A stretch of 64,000 nucleotides of DNA from Ginglymostoma cirratum (Eukaryota). Both the position numbers and the translations under genes were made by a program. Below are positions 50,130 to 62,600 of this stretch, piece by piece. The notes beneath the pieces were generated by a model. That model had not been told where the DNA came from, did not search any database, and saw only the letters and a list, made by a program, of their open reading frames with translations. The stretch lies in NCBI GenBank assembly GCA_024137785.1, contig JAHRHZ010000066.1, positions 1,410,491 to 1,474,490 of the forward strand, given 5' to 3'. The stretch's first letter is position 1. Each line of letters begins with the position of its first letter.

Positions 50130-51040
50130 TGCAGATGACACTAAAGTCGGTGGAGTGGTGGACAGTGTGGAAGAATGTTGCAGGTTGCAGGGATACTTGG
50201 ATAAACTGCAGAATTGAGCTGAAAGGTGGCAAATGGAGTTCAATGCAGATAAATGTGAGGTGATTCACTTTGGGAAGAATACTAGGAAGGCAGAATACTG
50301 GGTCAATGGAAAGATTCTTGGTAGTGTGGATGTGCAGAGGGATCTTGGTGTCCAGGTACATAGATCCCTGAATGTTGCCACCCAGGTTGATAGTGCTGTT
50401 AAGAAGGCATACGGTGTGTTAGGTTTCATTGGTAGAGGGATTGAGTTCCAGAGCCATGATGTCATGCTGCAACTGTACAAAACGCTAGTGCGGCCTCACT
50501 TGGAATATTGCGTACAGTTCTGGTCACCCCATTACAAGAAGGATGTGGAAGCATTGGAAAAGGTGCAGAGGAGATTTACCAGGATGTTGCCTGGTCTGGA
50601 GCAAAGGTCTTATGAGGAAAGGCTGAGGGATTTGGGTCTGTTCTCATTGGAGAGAAGAAGGCTAAGAGGGGATTTAATAGAGACATACAAGGTGATCAGA
50701 GGATTAGATAGGGTGGACAGTGAGAGTCTTTTTCCTAGGATGATGACATCGGCTTGTACGAGGAGGCATAGCTGCAAATTGAGGGGTGATAGATTTAAGA
50801 CAGATGTCAGAGGCAGGTTCTTTACTCAGAGAGTGGTAAGGGCGTGGAATGCCCTGCCTGCCAATGTAGTTAACTCAGCCACATTAGGGGCATTTAAACA
50901 GTCCTTGGATAAGCATATGGATGATGATGGGATCGTGTCGGGGGATGGGCTTAGATTAGTTCACAGGTCAGCGCAACATCGAGGGCCGAAGGGCCTGTTC
51001 TGCACTGTATTGTTCTATGTTCTAAGTTCTATGTTCTATA
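50130..51040 (+). mobile_element. Young 5'-truncated CR1 LINE, nested in an older CR1 (~49965-50125 and ~51085-51300)
   Basis: ADDTKVGG at 50131, one TGA at 50215, then an open ORF2 C-terminus (MEFNADKCEVIHFG...LVRPHLEYCVQFWSP...RRRLRGDLIETYK...); (TTCTATG)n-like tail at 51012-51040. Confidence 0.95.
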
Positions 51041-51739
51041 TATCAGTAATTAGAATGCAGCAATGGACTGTCATACCCCCAAGTTTGCCAATGACTCTAA
51101 GTGGCAATGTAAGTTATGAGGAGGATGCAAGGAGGCTTCAAGCAGATTTGGTCAGGTTAAGTGAAGGGCCAACAACATCCCAGGCGGAATATCATGCTAA
51201 TTAGTGTGAAGTTATCCACGTTGGTTGGAAGAACAGAATATTTCTTATTGAGGTTAGGAAGTTTTGGTACACAAACGGACCTGGGCGGTCATGTCCACGA
51301 GTATTGAAATGCAATAATCAATAGATGAGCTACAAAGCACAAGGAAGTTTTAAGTATGCAGCAGGCTTGAAGGATAATGAACTGAAATTTTGGAATCCCC
51401 AGCCCAAGGCAGCAAGACTGTCTTCACCCAGTTGTCCTCCCCCTACACTGCTCACCAAGGGATCATGACAATTTTCAAGATTTGAAATGGAAGAACATTG
51501 GGAAAAATGTCAGTATCTGGTATATAAGGAAGAGGAGATCACAGAGGGATTTGAACGTGCTAAATGAATTTTTGCATACCTTCCTTTCAAAATATCACCT
51601 GTGCCAATCCTATTATACTGTAAAGACTTCAGACCATTAGTATAAGTTGCAAAAAACTTTCCAGCTCAAACATTATTGACCATTTTCCAGTGGAAAGGAA
51701 ACAATAGCACAAGAGGGTGAAACAGTTTATAAAGATATA

Positions 51740-52020
51740 AGATGTAAATCGTAGGAGCAGAGGTAGACCATTTGGCCCAGCAAGTCTGTTCTGCCATTCA
51801 ATGATATTGTGTCTGATCCGATAATCCTCAACTCCATGTTTCTGTCTTTCCCTATAATCTTGGATTCCCTCATTAACTGAAAATCAGTCTATCTCAGCCT
51901 TCAAATGGGACATCATCAACAGCCGTCTGTGACAAAGAATTCAAAAGATGCTCTACCCTCTGACAGAAGAAATTCCTCCTCACCTCAGTCATAAGTGGGT
52001 GGCCCATTACTCTGACAGAA
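51740..52020 (-). mobile_element. CR1 3' fragment
   Basis: gtaggagcagaggtagaccatttggccc..ccattcaatgatat..accctctgacagaagaaattcctcctc. Confidence 0.75.
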
Positions 52021-53509
52021 TTCCCTGAAGCGTAAGAGCTTAACTGATGTTATACTTACAATCACCAAGGGGTGTGACACAACTTTCAGCTTATGACAGG
52101 GAATGCACAGCAAAGCAGTTGTCAAGATGATTTACTTTTGTTGCAATTCACTTATTATTTCAATCTGTGGATAGACAGAGAAAATGGATGCAAGGGGACT
52201 AGAATTGCCCACTAAAGCACTGGCTATTAACACCACTGAGAAGCTGAGGGCAATTGAAAATATAATGACATTGAATAGTGGTAAGATATGCTGTCAGTAT
52301 GTTGAAGTGCGTTGGGATGCTTTGTATGTTAAAGACAAAACATAGATGAGATTTTGCTTTAAAGTTGGAGGAGACCATGAAAGCTATAATTTCCATGCCC
52401 TGTATAATTCATACAACACAGTATCTGCAAGGTCAAGCCTGAGTTCTTGGCAGAGGAGAAGGAAGAGAAAGATTGTGAGATGAATAAGCCCAATGTATAA
52501 CAGGAAAACTGCTGCATCAATCATTGATTTACAGAACTTTCCAGTAATAGCTGCACCAGTGGCCCTATAATTAGTCCTAACAGTGCTCTCTGTTGGAGCC
52601 CTATTAATGACTTGTCATACAGAATCATTTTGACTACTATCCCTGTCTGCTTCACCCCACCTGCAAAATTCGAATGATTCTTTCTGAATAATATACCAAG
52701 TATGATGCAAATAAAGTGCAATCTGTACACTTGCCTACTCAAGTTTTGTGTTCTGCTTGAATATTTATTTATCTGATTCCTAGGTGAGAATGTAGGCTGT
52801 ACATTGTATTCAATCTAATTATATATTCTTTTTAATTGCCACATTAGTGAGAGGGGTAAGTATGCTTCCAAGGGAGTTTGGGTCGTAGCCAGTTTTCTGT
52901 TAAATCGCTAAATCATCCGAAGTTATTGCTAGCATTTTGGTGATCCTGCTGTCCAAGTCCTTCCATTTGGGACTTAAAATCTTCTGCAATCCTCTGAGGA
53001 GAACCAGCTAGGTTAAAGAAGGTCAGCCAGAAAGGCAAATGACCAAGGAGCAGTGTGGGGACAGATTGTTTTAGTGGTGGCCACCAATGTCAATGCTAGC
53101 AGCAAGATCGTCTCTAACGAATTCTCTAGATTCGGAGGCTCCAGCAAATTACAGCTAAAGGTCTCACCAATATTGGGCATAGTGTGTGACATCACAACTA
53201 CATTAACAGTTAGGCCCCCTGTCTTCAGAGCTTTTTGATATTTAGAGCGATGTTTATAATTGTAATAATTATAATTGATACTTAGAGTGATGATTGAGGG
53301 ACCGCTTATATCTGTATATGTAGCACTACAGATTCACAACTATATCTATGCAGACTATATAAAGTATGTATTCTGACTAAGATCATCATTGATGCAACTT
53401 CTGTAAAGCACAAAATTTGTAGGTTCCACAGCAGATGCCACACTTAAGTTCAGTCTCCCTCTCGCTGCTGTTCATTTGCAGCCTTAAAGTATTTGCCTGA
53501 ACAACTTTC

Positions 53510-53830
53510 ATCTCATTATCGGATGGCGTAGGTTTAAAGCTCACACTACCATTTCAGCATATAATCTAGGCTGCCAGAAGAGTATTACTGAGCAAATTGT
53601 GTCCCCATTTTTTGGAAGAGGTACTAAATAGACAGATGTAAAAGATCTCATGGCATTACTTGTCCCAGAATCATCAAAAACAGATTAATTAGCTATTTAT
53701 CTTATTGCAGTTTGTTGCACTATGGCAAATTTACCCCAGTTGCCTACTTAACAATTAGAGACTTCAAAGATAATTTATTGGCCATGGGTGCTTTGTGATG
53801 ATCTGAGGATGTGAAAATCATTACATACAA
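53510..53830 (+). mobile_element. Deu-domain SINE, decayed
   Basis: gatgtaaaagatctcatggcattact core as in the 10870 copy; L2-like tail. Confidence 0.55.
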
Positions 53831-53999
53831 GAAGTTTGTTCATTGTTTGTCCAATTATTCATCCTAAGTGTTTGATGCTTCCCAACATTTTCCCTCAGGA
53901 CTCCATCTGATTCATTTGAAGTGAATGTTTCTCTCACATTGCCTGTGTTTAGAGTGCTGACTGGGTGCAGACATGATGGTCCTGCTCCCTGGTATCAAC

Positions 54000-54530
54000 T
54001 TCAGAAGTTACGTAACACCAGGTTATAGTCCAACAGGTTTATTTGAAATCACAAGCTTTTGAAGCGCTGCTCGGTCATCAGCTGAAGTGATCTTGGTCAC
54101 CTGATAAAGGAGCAGTGCGCCAAAAGCTTGTTATAGAATAGAATCCCTACAGTGTGGAAACAGGCCCTTCAGCCCAACAAGTCCACACCAACCCTTGGAG
54201 CATCCCACCCAGACCCATCCCCTAATAACCCACACACCCCTGAACACTATGGGCAAATTAGCATGGCTAATCCACCTAGCCTGCATATCTTTGGACTGTG
54301 GGAGGAAACCAGAGCTCCCAGAGGAAACCCACACAGACACAGGGAGAATGTGCAAACTCCACACAGACAGTCACCTGAGGCTGGAATCAAACCCAGGTCC
54401 CTGGTGCTGTGAGGCTGCAGTGCTAACCACTGAGCCACCGTGCTGCCCAAACAAACCTATTGGAATACAACCTGGTGTCATGTAACTTCTGACTTTGTCC
54501 ATCCCAGTCCAACACCGGCACCTCCACATC
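54000..54530. mobile_element. Second-family palindromic Penelope-type element split by a SINE
   Basis: Left arm tcagaagttacgtaacaccaggttatagtccaacaggttt; right arm aaacctattggaatacaacctggtgtcatgtaacttctga after the SINE; decayed CTGATnA-A-GGAGC..GAAA core at ~54100-54128. Confidence 0.7.
54133..54448 (-). mobile_element. Full-length HE1-like tRNA-derived SINE
   Basis: Minus strand A box TGGCTCAGTGG, B box GGTTTGATTCC, central gtgtggagtttgcacattctcc, CR1-like tail gggattctattcta. Confidence 0.9.
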
Positions 54531-55314
54531 ATGGCTGCCTGGTATTATTTTAACATTGTCTTGAAAGCTCTTTGCAGAAAGAAAAGGGGAATGTATGTAT
54601 CTGCCTAGGGTGTGTACACAAAAAGAATCTGTGCACCCATGTCCATTTTGCTGAGCGGTAAGCTGCTTATCTGTGTGACTTGCTGAGCGTGTTTGAAGAA
54701 TTAATGAGAAAAATTGAAACCAGCTACCATGTAGTCACCAAGCTTTCTTTTTATGGGCTCCACTCCCAGTAATTTGGAGGATCGGGTTCTCCTGCATGAG
54801 TCTGCAGCATCATGGGATAGTCAACTATTAGTCATTAGCAGACTTCTTTAAAATTAGACAGTTTCATCAAAAGGATATAACCTGAGGATTGTTCTAAAGA
54901 TCTATCTACAACCACCAGGCATGAAAGAGTAACTAGATAATATTTGAGCTGTTTTAGGAGTTGTACTGGCTTGATGGCAAAACACTCAACAGTTTATGAA
55001 TCAAAGGAAACTTTTCTTTTGGCAATTAGCAAATCAAATGCAGTTTTACAGATCTGTTAGGTAAAGGTTATGAGGTGTGACAGGTGGGAAAGTAATTGTG
55101 AATGCTTTTGTCACATTTGATCGATGAGTTGTATCATTGAGGTACTGCATTTCATCAGGCAGCAGTTCTTGCAGTTTCTGATCCAAATTTGACTATTGTG
55201 CAGCAACACAGCTGACCTCTCATTGTAAGATATGCCACTCCTCCTACTTATTCTTTCATCATCATTGCAAATTAATAAAATGAGTGGCTGTTTATATGCT
55301 TGTAGGACATTGAA

Positions 55315-55535
55315 AAATGTCCAAAGATGTACAGGTGAGGTGGATTGGCCATGCTAAAAATTCCCCTGTAGAGTCAAGATATGTGCAGGTTAGGTGGGTT
55401 GGCCAAAGTGAAAACCCCATGCAGTGTTATGGAGATGGGTTTTGGGGGATGTGGATCTGGGAGGCATGCTATTCGGAGGGTTGGTGCAGACTCGATGGGC
55501 CAAATGGCCTCTTTCTACATTGTAGGAATTCTGGG
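55315..55535 (+). mobile_element. 3' half of an HE1-like SINE with internal duplication
   Basis: gtccaaagatgtacaggtgaggtggattggccatgctaaa recurs as atgtgcaggttaggtgggttggcc; tail gggccaaatggcctct..gtaggaattct. Confidence 0.75.
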
Positions 55536-58500
55536 ATTCCGTGAAAATTGACGAAAAGCAACCCCACAAGAAACATTGTACACCTCACTCTCTGTTCACC
55601 TGTTGCTACTGTACTCCATGTGCATGAAGAAAAAATATAGAGAACATATTTAAATTGGTGCCCTCAATAAATCCAACCAGACTACAGATCATGCAAACAC
55701 ATAGAAATTGCCAGAGGCACAGGGACCTTTTCTGTCCAAATGCAATTGGCCTGGCAGTGGAACCTGTTGGATAATGTTTGAAGATCAAAGATTAATGTCT
55801 TTGATCTGGTAGTCCATTCTCATTGAGTTAGGAGGCATACGATTTGAACCCTGCTCCAGACGGAAGTAGACACTGTAGCTTGGGCTGTGAATTCTTAGCT
55901 GACATCTCAGTGGTGACCCCACTCAAAACGCATGAGTTTTGGGAGCCCCTAAACCCCTCACATAAAATATAATGAACCACCTTATCAATTGGTAGAAAGA
56001 TAGTTATCACTGAGGAAAGAGTTTTCACATTGGAACATGTCAAACTGCTAACCGGTTGTGAATCCTTGCACATCTTGCCATGGTTTGTTGGGGGAAAAGT
56101 GTAATGATATGAAAGCAACAACATCACAGTAAAGCCAATGAAGTGATATTATTTGAGCAGTCGTAACTGTTGTTTCTTTAGTCAGTGCTGATGGACCGTC
56201 TGTCAGTTTCCAGCCTTTTCTGCATTTATTTTCAAGTCTTTCCAGTTTTCAAAAACCTGCTTAGCAATTCAGTTTTCTCCCTAATTCACTTTTTGTTTTG
56301 TTCCTTTCCATCAAGTAGCTTTTCTTTCAGGTTCTAATCCTAACCGACCCCAAATCAAATACAAATTGATAGAAGGACCTGCTGTCTAATTGCAGTGTTT
56401 TCTGATTTTTTTTTCTGAATGAAGTTTTTGTGACTTTATAACCTCACACGCAGTTGCTTCAGTGTCATGTTATAACTTACACACTCCCATCCAACCAGAT
56501 GCAGCTCCCATTAAACCAGAACAGAGCCTCCTGAGACACTTCCTTAACCTTTACAATACAACTCCTTACAAAAACTTAATTCATGATAGAATGAATTCTG
56601 CACACCTAGAACTTGAGGAGATGCTGGTTGAAATTAGGACTTTGATACTCCTGCCCTAACTCTGCAATTCTTGAGAGTGGCTATTGAAAGGAATTGCCCC
56701 TGGTTTGTGTGAAGTCAAGTCCGAGCTGATTGCTTCTGGGCTTTGGCTCTTCAGTTGCCTGCAGGTTAGCAATATTTATTGGTAAGATGATTCATAGAGA
56801 GTGGCCTCCTCTCAATCTCCTTCCTTGCAACACTTGCGTAAAAACTTAATGAAAATACACTACGATACTGTTCATTTTACAAATCTCTATAAACCGTCCC
56901 TGCAGTGTTGCAGTCAGCAGAAAACTCAAGGTTTATCGATCCCCTCCAGTGGGAAAGCAAATCAAATCTAGTCCAGTAACCCACAGTGATCAGTATTATC
57001 AATTACCGAGTGCTATGCACATACATCTGCCCATTATTTCTGACAAATAAACCAAGCCCAATCCTGCCCTCATCTCAACATGAAGGTGAACTTTCTGCAG
57101 CAGATTCAGTGGACTAATTTTCCAGCTCTCTAGGAGCTCTCTCTTACCACCACTACCTCCTCACCATACTATGCACTGCAAATATTCTGTTGGCAAATGC
57201 ATGCATTTATTCTGAGGATCAAGTTTTCGATGGTCCCCTGCGTGCTATCTTTTTTCAGTGGTTCCACTGGGTAGGTACGGCATTAAGGTGAAAATATCCT
57301 GTCGCTGAGCATAAACCTTATGATTTGACTATACAAAGCAGACAGAACAACTCTAACTGAGGCCAGCTAAGCAAGTGAATGGTGTTTCACATAGTAATGC
57401 TAGTTTCAGGTAAAGATGCACAAGATCTCAGTCAGGAGTATGATCCGTGGGAAGCCTGGCAGGCGACTTCATTACACCCTCCCAAATCCTGTCTCGATGA
57501 GCTTCTGAAAAATAGGCTGATTGGCCCCTTTCCTTCAAGATGTCTCCTAGCAGAATAGAGTAGAAAGTGGTAGAGTGGATATGAAGGTTTGTTTCTTCTC
57601 TTGCAACAAGGGTTACAATGCATGAAGAAAACCACAGGGAGAGAGTGAGAATCCAAGATCACTGAGTAAAAAATTCTTCGTCAAGAAACTGCTGGGATCT
57701 GTCATTTCACCCACATCACCCAAGCACATTGAGAAGATCCAACTCACTCTTTGGTTACACTCACAAATTAAAATCTCAAAATTTGCCTGTTGCCCCCACT
57801 TAGCACCCTGCGTTGCTTGAAGACTTTATTGTATGTCTAAAGCCAATGTTCTGTGCCAATTACCTGATGTTTGGTATTTTAGCTGCTTTTGAATGTTCAT
57901 GAGAAAGTCTCCAGCCTGTGACCGAGCAGACATGAAGTCTGGCTCAGATCAGCTCCAGTCTGCCCCACATGTATAGCACAACTGTAGTCCGGGTTTAAGA
58001 ACCTGCTACATTCACCAATTAACAAATTGTTTGCACGTTAACCTAAGAAAAGCAGTGTTATGTCTTGTGTCTGTGATTAGTTTGGTTTTGGCTTAACTGT
58101 CTCAAAATAAATGTGATGTCCAAACTCTGTATTTTGAAAAGTAAAAGCCTGGTGAGAATATTGCTTCGAAATTGGGAGTTTCAACCTGCACCCATCACAC
58201 TTTCGAAACACATCTCTGGTAATGACATTTGGTACAATGTACACTGGAGAAGCCCTTAAACATTCTGTCATTCAAGTCTGTATCAGAGCTGGAGATGACA
58301 ACAACTCTGCTACTGGAAGATTTGTAGCCTTTTTTATAAATCAACAATTTAAATTGGCAGAAGCACAGGATTGGCTGGATGAGAGCCTGCCCCACATCAC
58401 CTCCATCACCGTCCACTCGCCAGTCAGTGAAAAGCACAAGCATGGAAAATGTCCCAGGGGCAACTTGTAGGAGCAAAATGTTCAAAATTGGATCAGTGAA

Positions 58501-59109
58501 TAAAGTCAGCTGGCAGGGCAGGGCAGAAGCTAGATTTGCTGCCCTGACTCTCAGTGACACCAAATCTCTCAGTAACTTTACTGTCCATTGTGCTATCCTC
58601 TCTGATCTCCATTACCCACTGTTCTCTGCTGCCCTTCCCCTCAGATTCCTTTATTATTTTGTTCAGTTATTGCCTTTCAGTATTTTTCTCTGGCCCCCTG
58701 AGACTTTTCTGTTACTCACAGTTTACAGCTACGGTTTCTGCTGTCATGTGAGAATCTGAAAACCATGGATATATGTTAACTCATATTCTCACTGACTGTA
58801 CAGCAATGAAAGCACGGGGCTATGAAAGCTGTGACTAACAAACTGTTCCATTGAAAGCAATACTTTTTTACAACAATAACAGCTACGAGTCATTCTCCAA
58901 GTCACTTTGGTGATGTGCATAGGTTTGGACAACAGCAGATGTGTCAGCATCCTCTCCCTGGTGTGCTTTACACTGTACAATATGCCAACAGGGAAGATAC
59001 AATCCACAGCTCTAAGTGGCTGCATTAGGAGTAATGACAAAGTGTCTGTGTTAAGTGCTTGTTGGGCAGCAAGAAATATGGTTAAGCAACCCTTTGGAGA
59101 GGGGGCCTT

Positions 59110-59690
59110 GTGATTTAGGAGCCTACTGCAGGAGAGAACAATAGGATTTAGTCTTCATGGAAGACAGTGGTAGCATTAGGAGTTCAGTGTAGAAGAGAGA
59201 GAGAGGTGGGGTTCAGATTTCACTGTCAGGAGAGTTAGTTAGCTGACTGCAGGAGGGAGAGGTAAGGGTTAAGAGCCCATTGCAAAAGGAAATGTTAGAG
59301 CTGTTAATCAACTACAGAATTGAGTAGTAGGTTTAGGAGCCACTTCTGGAGCAGTAAGCTTTACGGTTCACTTCATGAGAGAAAGGTAGGATTGGGAGCC
59401 AGAAAAAAAAGGTAGAATTAGAATCCTGTGCTAGGAATGCTTGGGGTTGGGGGGAGGACAGTGTTAGGAACACAACACTGGAGCAGTAAGCATCAGACTT
59501 CACTGCTGAAAGGAACGGTAGAATTAACAATTTTTTAAAAAGCAACAAAAAAGGTGGGGTTCAGAGTCAGTTCTGTACCTGTCAGAGAGGGCAGGATAGG
59601 GTTAGCTATTAGCTACTCGGAGAGAGAGACAGATACAGGAGCCAGCTGTAGGTGGAAGAGATAAGGTTGGGAGCTCACTTTAGGAGAGAA
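59110..59690. repeat. Decayed purine-rich minisatellite (~30-35 bp unit)
   Basis: Recurrent ttaggagcc..actgcaggagag.. units; ctggagcagtaagc occurs exactly twice (~59346, ~59478). Confidence 0.55.
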
Positions 59691-62600
59691 TGGCCAAATT
59701 CAAAATTAATTTTGAAATAATTTGTTTTACCCTGGCTTTGGGCTCTAGAATATGAATGAGCAGAGAGTAACTTGAGAGACCAATATCTTACCTGCAAGCA
59801 TGGATCTGAACATCTACAGATGCTCAGTTATGAATGAGATCTTATTCATTTACACATAGAATTAAACAGAATGTGCATTACAGAAACAGACCATTCAATC
59901 CAACTGGTTCAAGTTGACATTTTTGACCCACATGAGCCTCCTTCCACAATACTTTGCTTCCCCCTATCAACCTGTTCTTCTAAAACATTTAAGTCTCTAA
60001 ATTTGTTTTCAAAGAGCTGAACCTGACAGTAGCTACCCCTCTCTGGATACTGATGTGCGGTGCTACAATTTCCATAAGGAATGGGCATCCTCGTTGACTT
60101 CACACAAATGTCCAATCTTCATGTGTGAGTCTGAATTGTAGGTGATTGCGAGAAATTAGATTGTGAAGGGCAACAGAGACCCATTCATCTCCTCAGCTCT
60201 TCTTCACAGATCAGTTAACTCAGCACAGTCCAATGGTAAAAGATTGGATTTTTCTGGTCTACCTAGTTCAGTACTTTTTATTCACTGGTCCAAGATGGAA
60301 GCATTAATCACTTTTCAATGAGGGCTACCCAGAGCTAATATCCAAGTGTTCAATATTATTTAATGTTGTGTATTAAATTAATGACTAGTTTTGATTAGTT
60401 GTCATTCTATTCTATTGTTCTCAGAGTTGCACAACTATTGTCATTTAAATGTAAAAATAGAATGAAGATGATTATTGATCATTAAGGTGTTCACATTAGT
60501 CACTTGCTGTGTAATGGAGAATCCTGCATGTGATTCAATCTGTCCCTGCCACTTTCTCCTTAAATGGACAATGATCTGAAGTGCAGATTTCAAAACACTT
60601 ATACCTACTTAAAAAAAGTCTTCCTTCTCATTTAAATACAAATGATAACTGTTTTGTGCAAAAGTACAGTGTCCCTATTGTCTACTTGCAGGGCCATATT
60701 AGGCAACTGCACATTATGCTATCTATTAGTACGAAGAAAAATATGACCACACCATTACATTCTCCTAAATGGACAATGGCAAGCAGCCACAAACAATGAC
60801 ATAAAGATGGAAGGCCAGTGCTGCTGGATGAAACATACCTCATCTTCTATAGCATATATCAAGGAATTGTAACTGTGCGCTGCTGATGAGTAATGAAACA
60901 GGAGAGGCAGGCACAGCTATCTGCACATTGCAACAGTCATCAATTTCTCCATGCAGTTTACAAAGTACACAGCCCCGAGTGACCAACTATAAAGGTTATC
61001 TAAAAATGTAATGCTATGGTCCTGCAACACAAAGCCCGGGCACCTCAAGAGATGTTTTGGGGGAAAACCTCATTTTTTAAACAAAAGTTCTCAGAAATAT
61101 AATAAAATGTTCAGTGTCATTATTCAGAATGTTACCTCATGACTGTTAGGATGAGTTCTTGCCTGTTTGGTAGACGGTTTGATGTGAAGAAGAAACTCCT
61201 TTTGCTGAGGCACTCACTTGTTTCAGCAACAATCCAGCCTGCTTGGATTCTTACTTTATATTGGAAAATAGCTAATGGCCAACTATTATGTGGGTATTGA
61301 TCTAGAATAGAATGGAGAAAGGAATGGATGTCTGAAGCACAGGGCTGTTACTACAAACCTCACATATCATAAGGTGACATCAGAATGATCATACAACAAG
61401 ACTGATATCACTTAATGTATACCGCAAAGCTCATATCCCCAAACTGATATCACAGGGTTCATGCCACACTGCTCATATCGCACTCAATGACAAGCAACCA
61501 TTATTCGGGTCAATTGCTTAGAGAGGATGGAGATTATTTACTCTTAATAGAGTTTGCATCTTCCTTCTAAGGAAGTGACCTTCCAATTGCCCCGAGATGA
61601 GCTATCAGAGAAACAAATCCTGAGACGAAAAGGCCATGAGGGAGATTTTCTAAGCAGGAGGTGTGTACTCTGGTACTCTCATATCTGAGAGGTTCATTTA
61701 GCACGTGAAGTCTTCCACACCGTCATTTATATAAAGTAGGCTCATCTCCTTTTATGTTTACTATTAAGGCAAGCCCCACATGAGACTTAGGTTTGCAATT
61801 TGTCAGCTGAAAAAAGGTAAGATAAAATGGACTGAAATTATTAAGGGAAAGTATGGGTGAGAGTGGAGGATGTGCACCTGAAAACAGGAAAATACTTTAC
61901 AATTGGTAGATAATCTCTCTTCAAGCTGCACCCTCCAGGGGACAGTAAATTGAGACCCAGCAGGCAGAATAAAGGTGTCACTTTTAGGACAGACATCCAA
62001 ACCATTATTCATTGCAAGATCTGGTGATCATCTAATCAATATGTAATTTTTACTCTATGAGGTATCACATTAAATCACCTTTAATGTCTATTTGATTCAG
62101 AGGCCGAAGATGTAATCTTGCCTCACATTAAGACATTATTGGCCTCAATGGATGACCATGAAGGGGACAGTCTACTAATTGAGAAAATAATCCCTCTTCA
62201 GTTTAAGGTATCTTCGAAATATAGGAAACAAAAGATTGGTTTAAATCTCTGCCAATGGACAAGATGTTGAACCATAACGAATATCAAATTGGATAGAGTG
62301 AAAATTCAAGTCCCACATGAGAATTAACTGAGGAAGTCTGGAGTGAATACCTCTCCTGCTCCATAGTTTAATGACTCTTACCCTAAAAAACCCAGTGCAG
62401 ATGGATTTCATCTGGAGGCCTATAAACAATCCAATGCGCTCCTGAAATAAAGTCAGATCACGAGAGATTATTCCAGATCTCCATCAGATGCACTAGATAA
62501 CCATAAGAAATGTATCTTACATGAATCCAGGAGTCCATCAGTGATAAAAAGATAAATGCCTTGCTCTGGGAACCCGTTCCTCTCTCAAAAAAAAAATTGC

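Noticed and set aside
50233-51204. 323-aa ORF as a host gene
   Set aside because: It is the C-terminus of CR1 ORF2 reading through into tail and flank; 5'-truncated with an upstream stop
54380-54448. tRNA gene (A and B boxes; similar at ~5790, ~29210, ~31640)
   Set aside because: The boxes are heads of SINEs continuing into SINE bodies and LINE-derived tails
58361-58759. Possible exon KHRIGWMRACPTSPPSP... (open ~130 codons after ttggcAG)
   Set aside because: Weak pyrimidine tract, no recognisable homology, no partner exons
59110-59690. CRISPR-like repeat-spacer array
   Set aside because: Units are highly degenerate without constant repeats or unique spacers; eukaryotic context; decayed minisatellite
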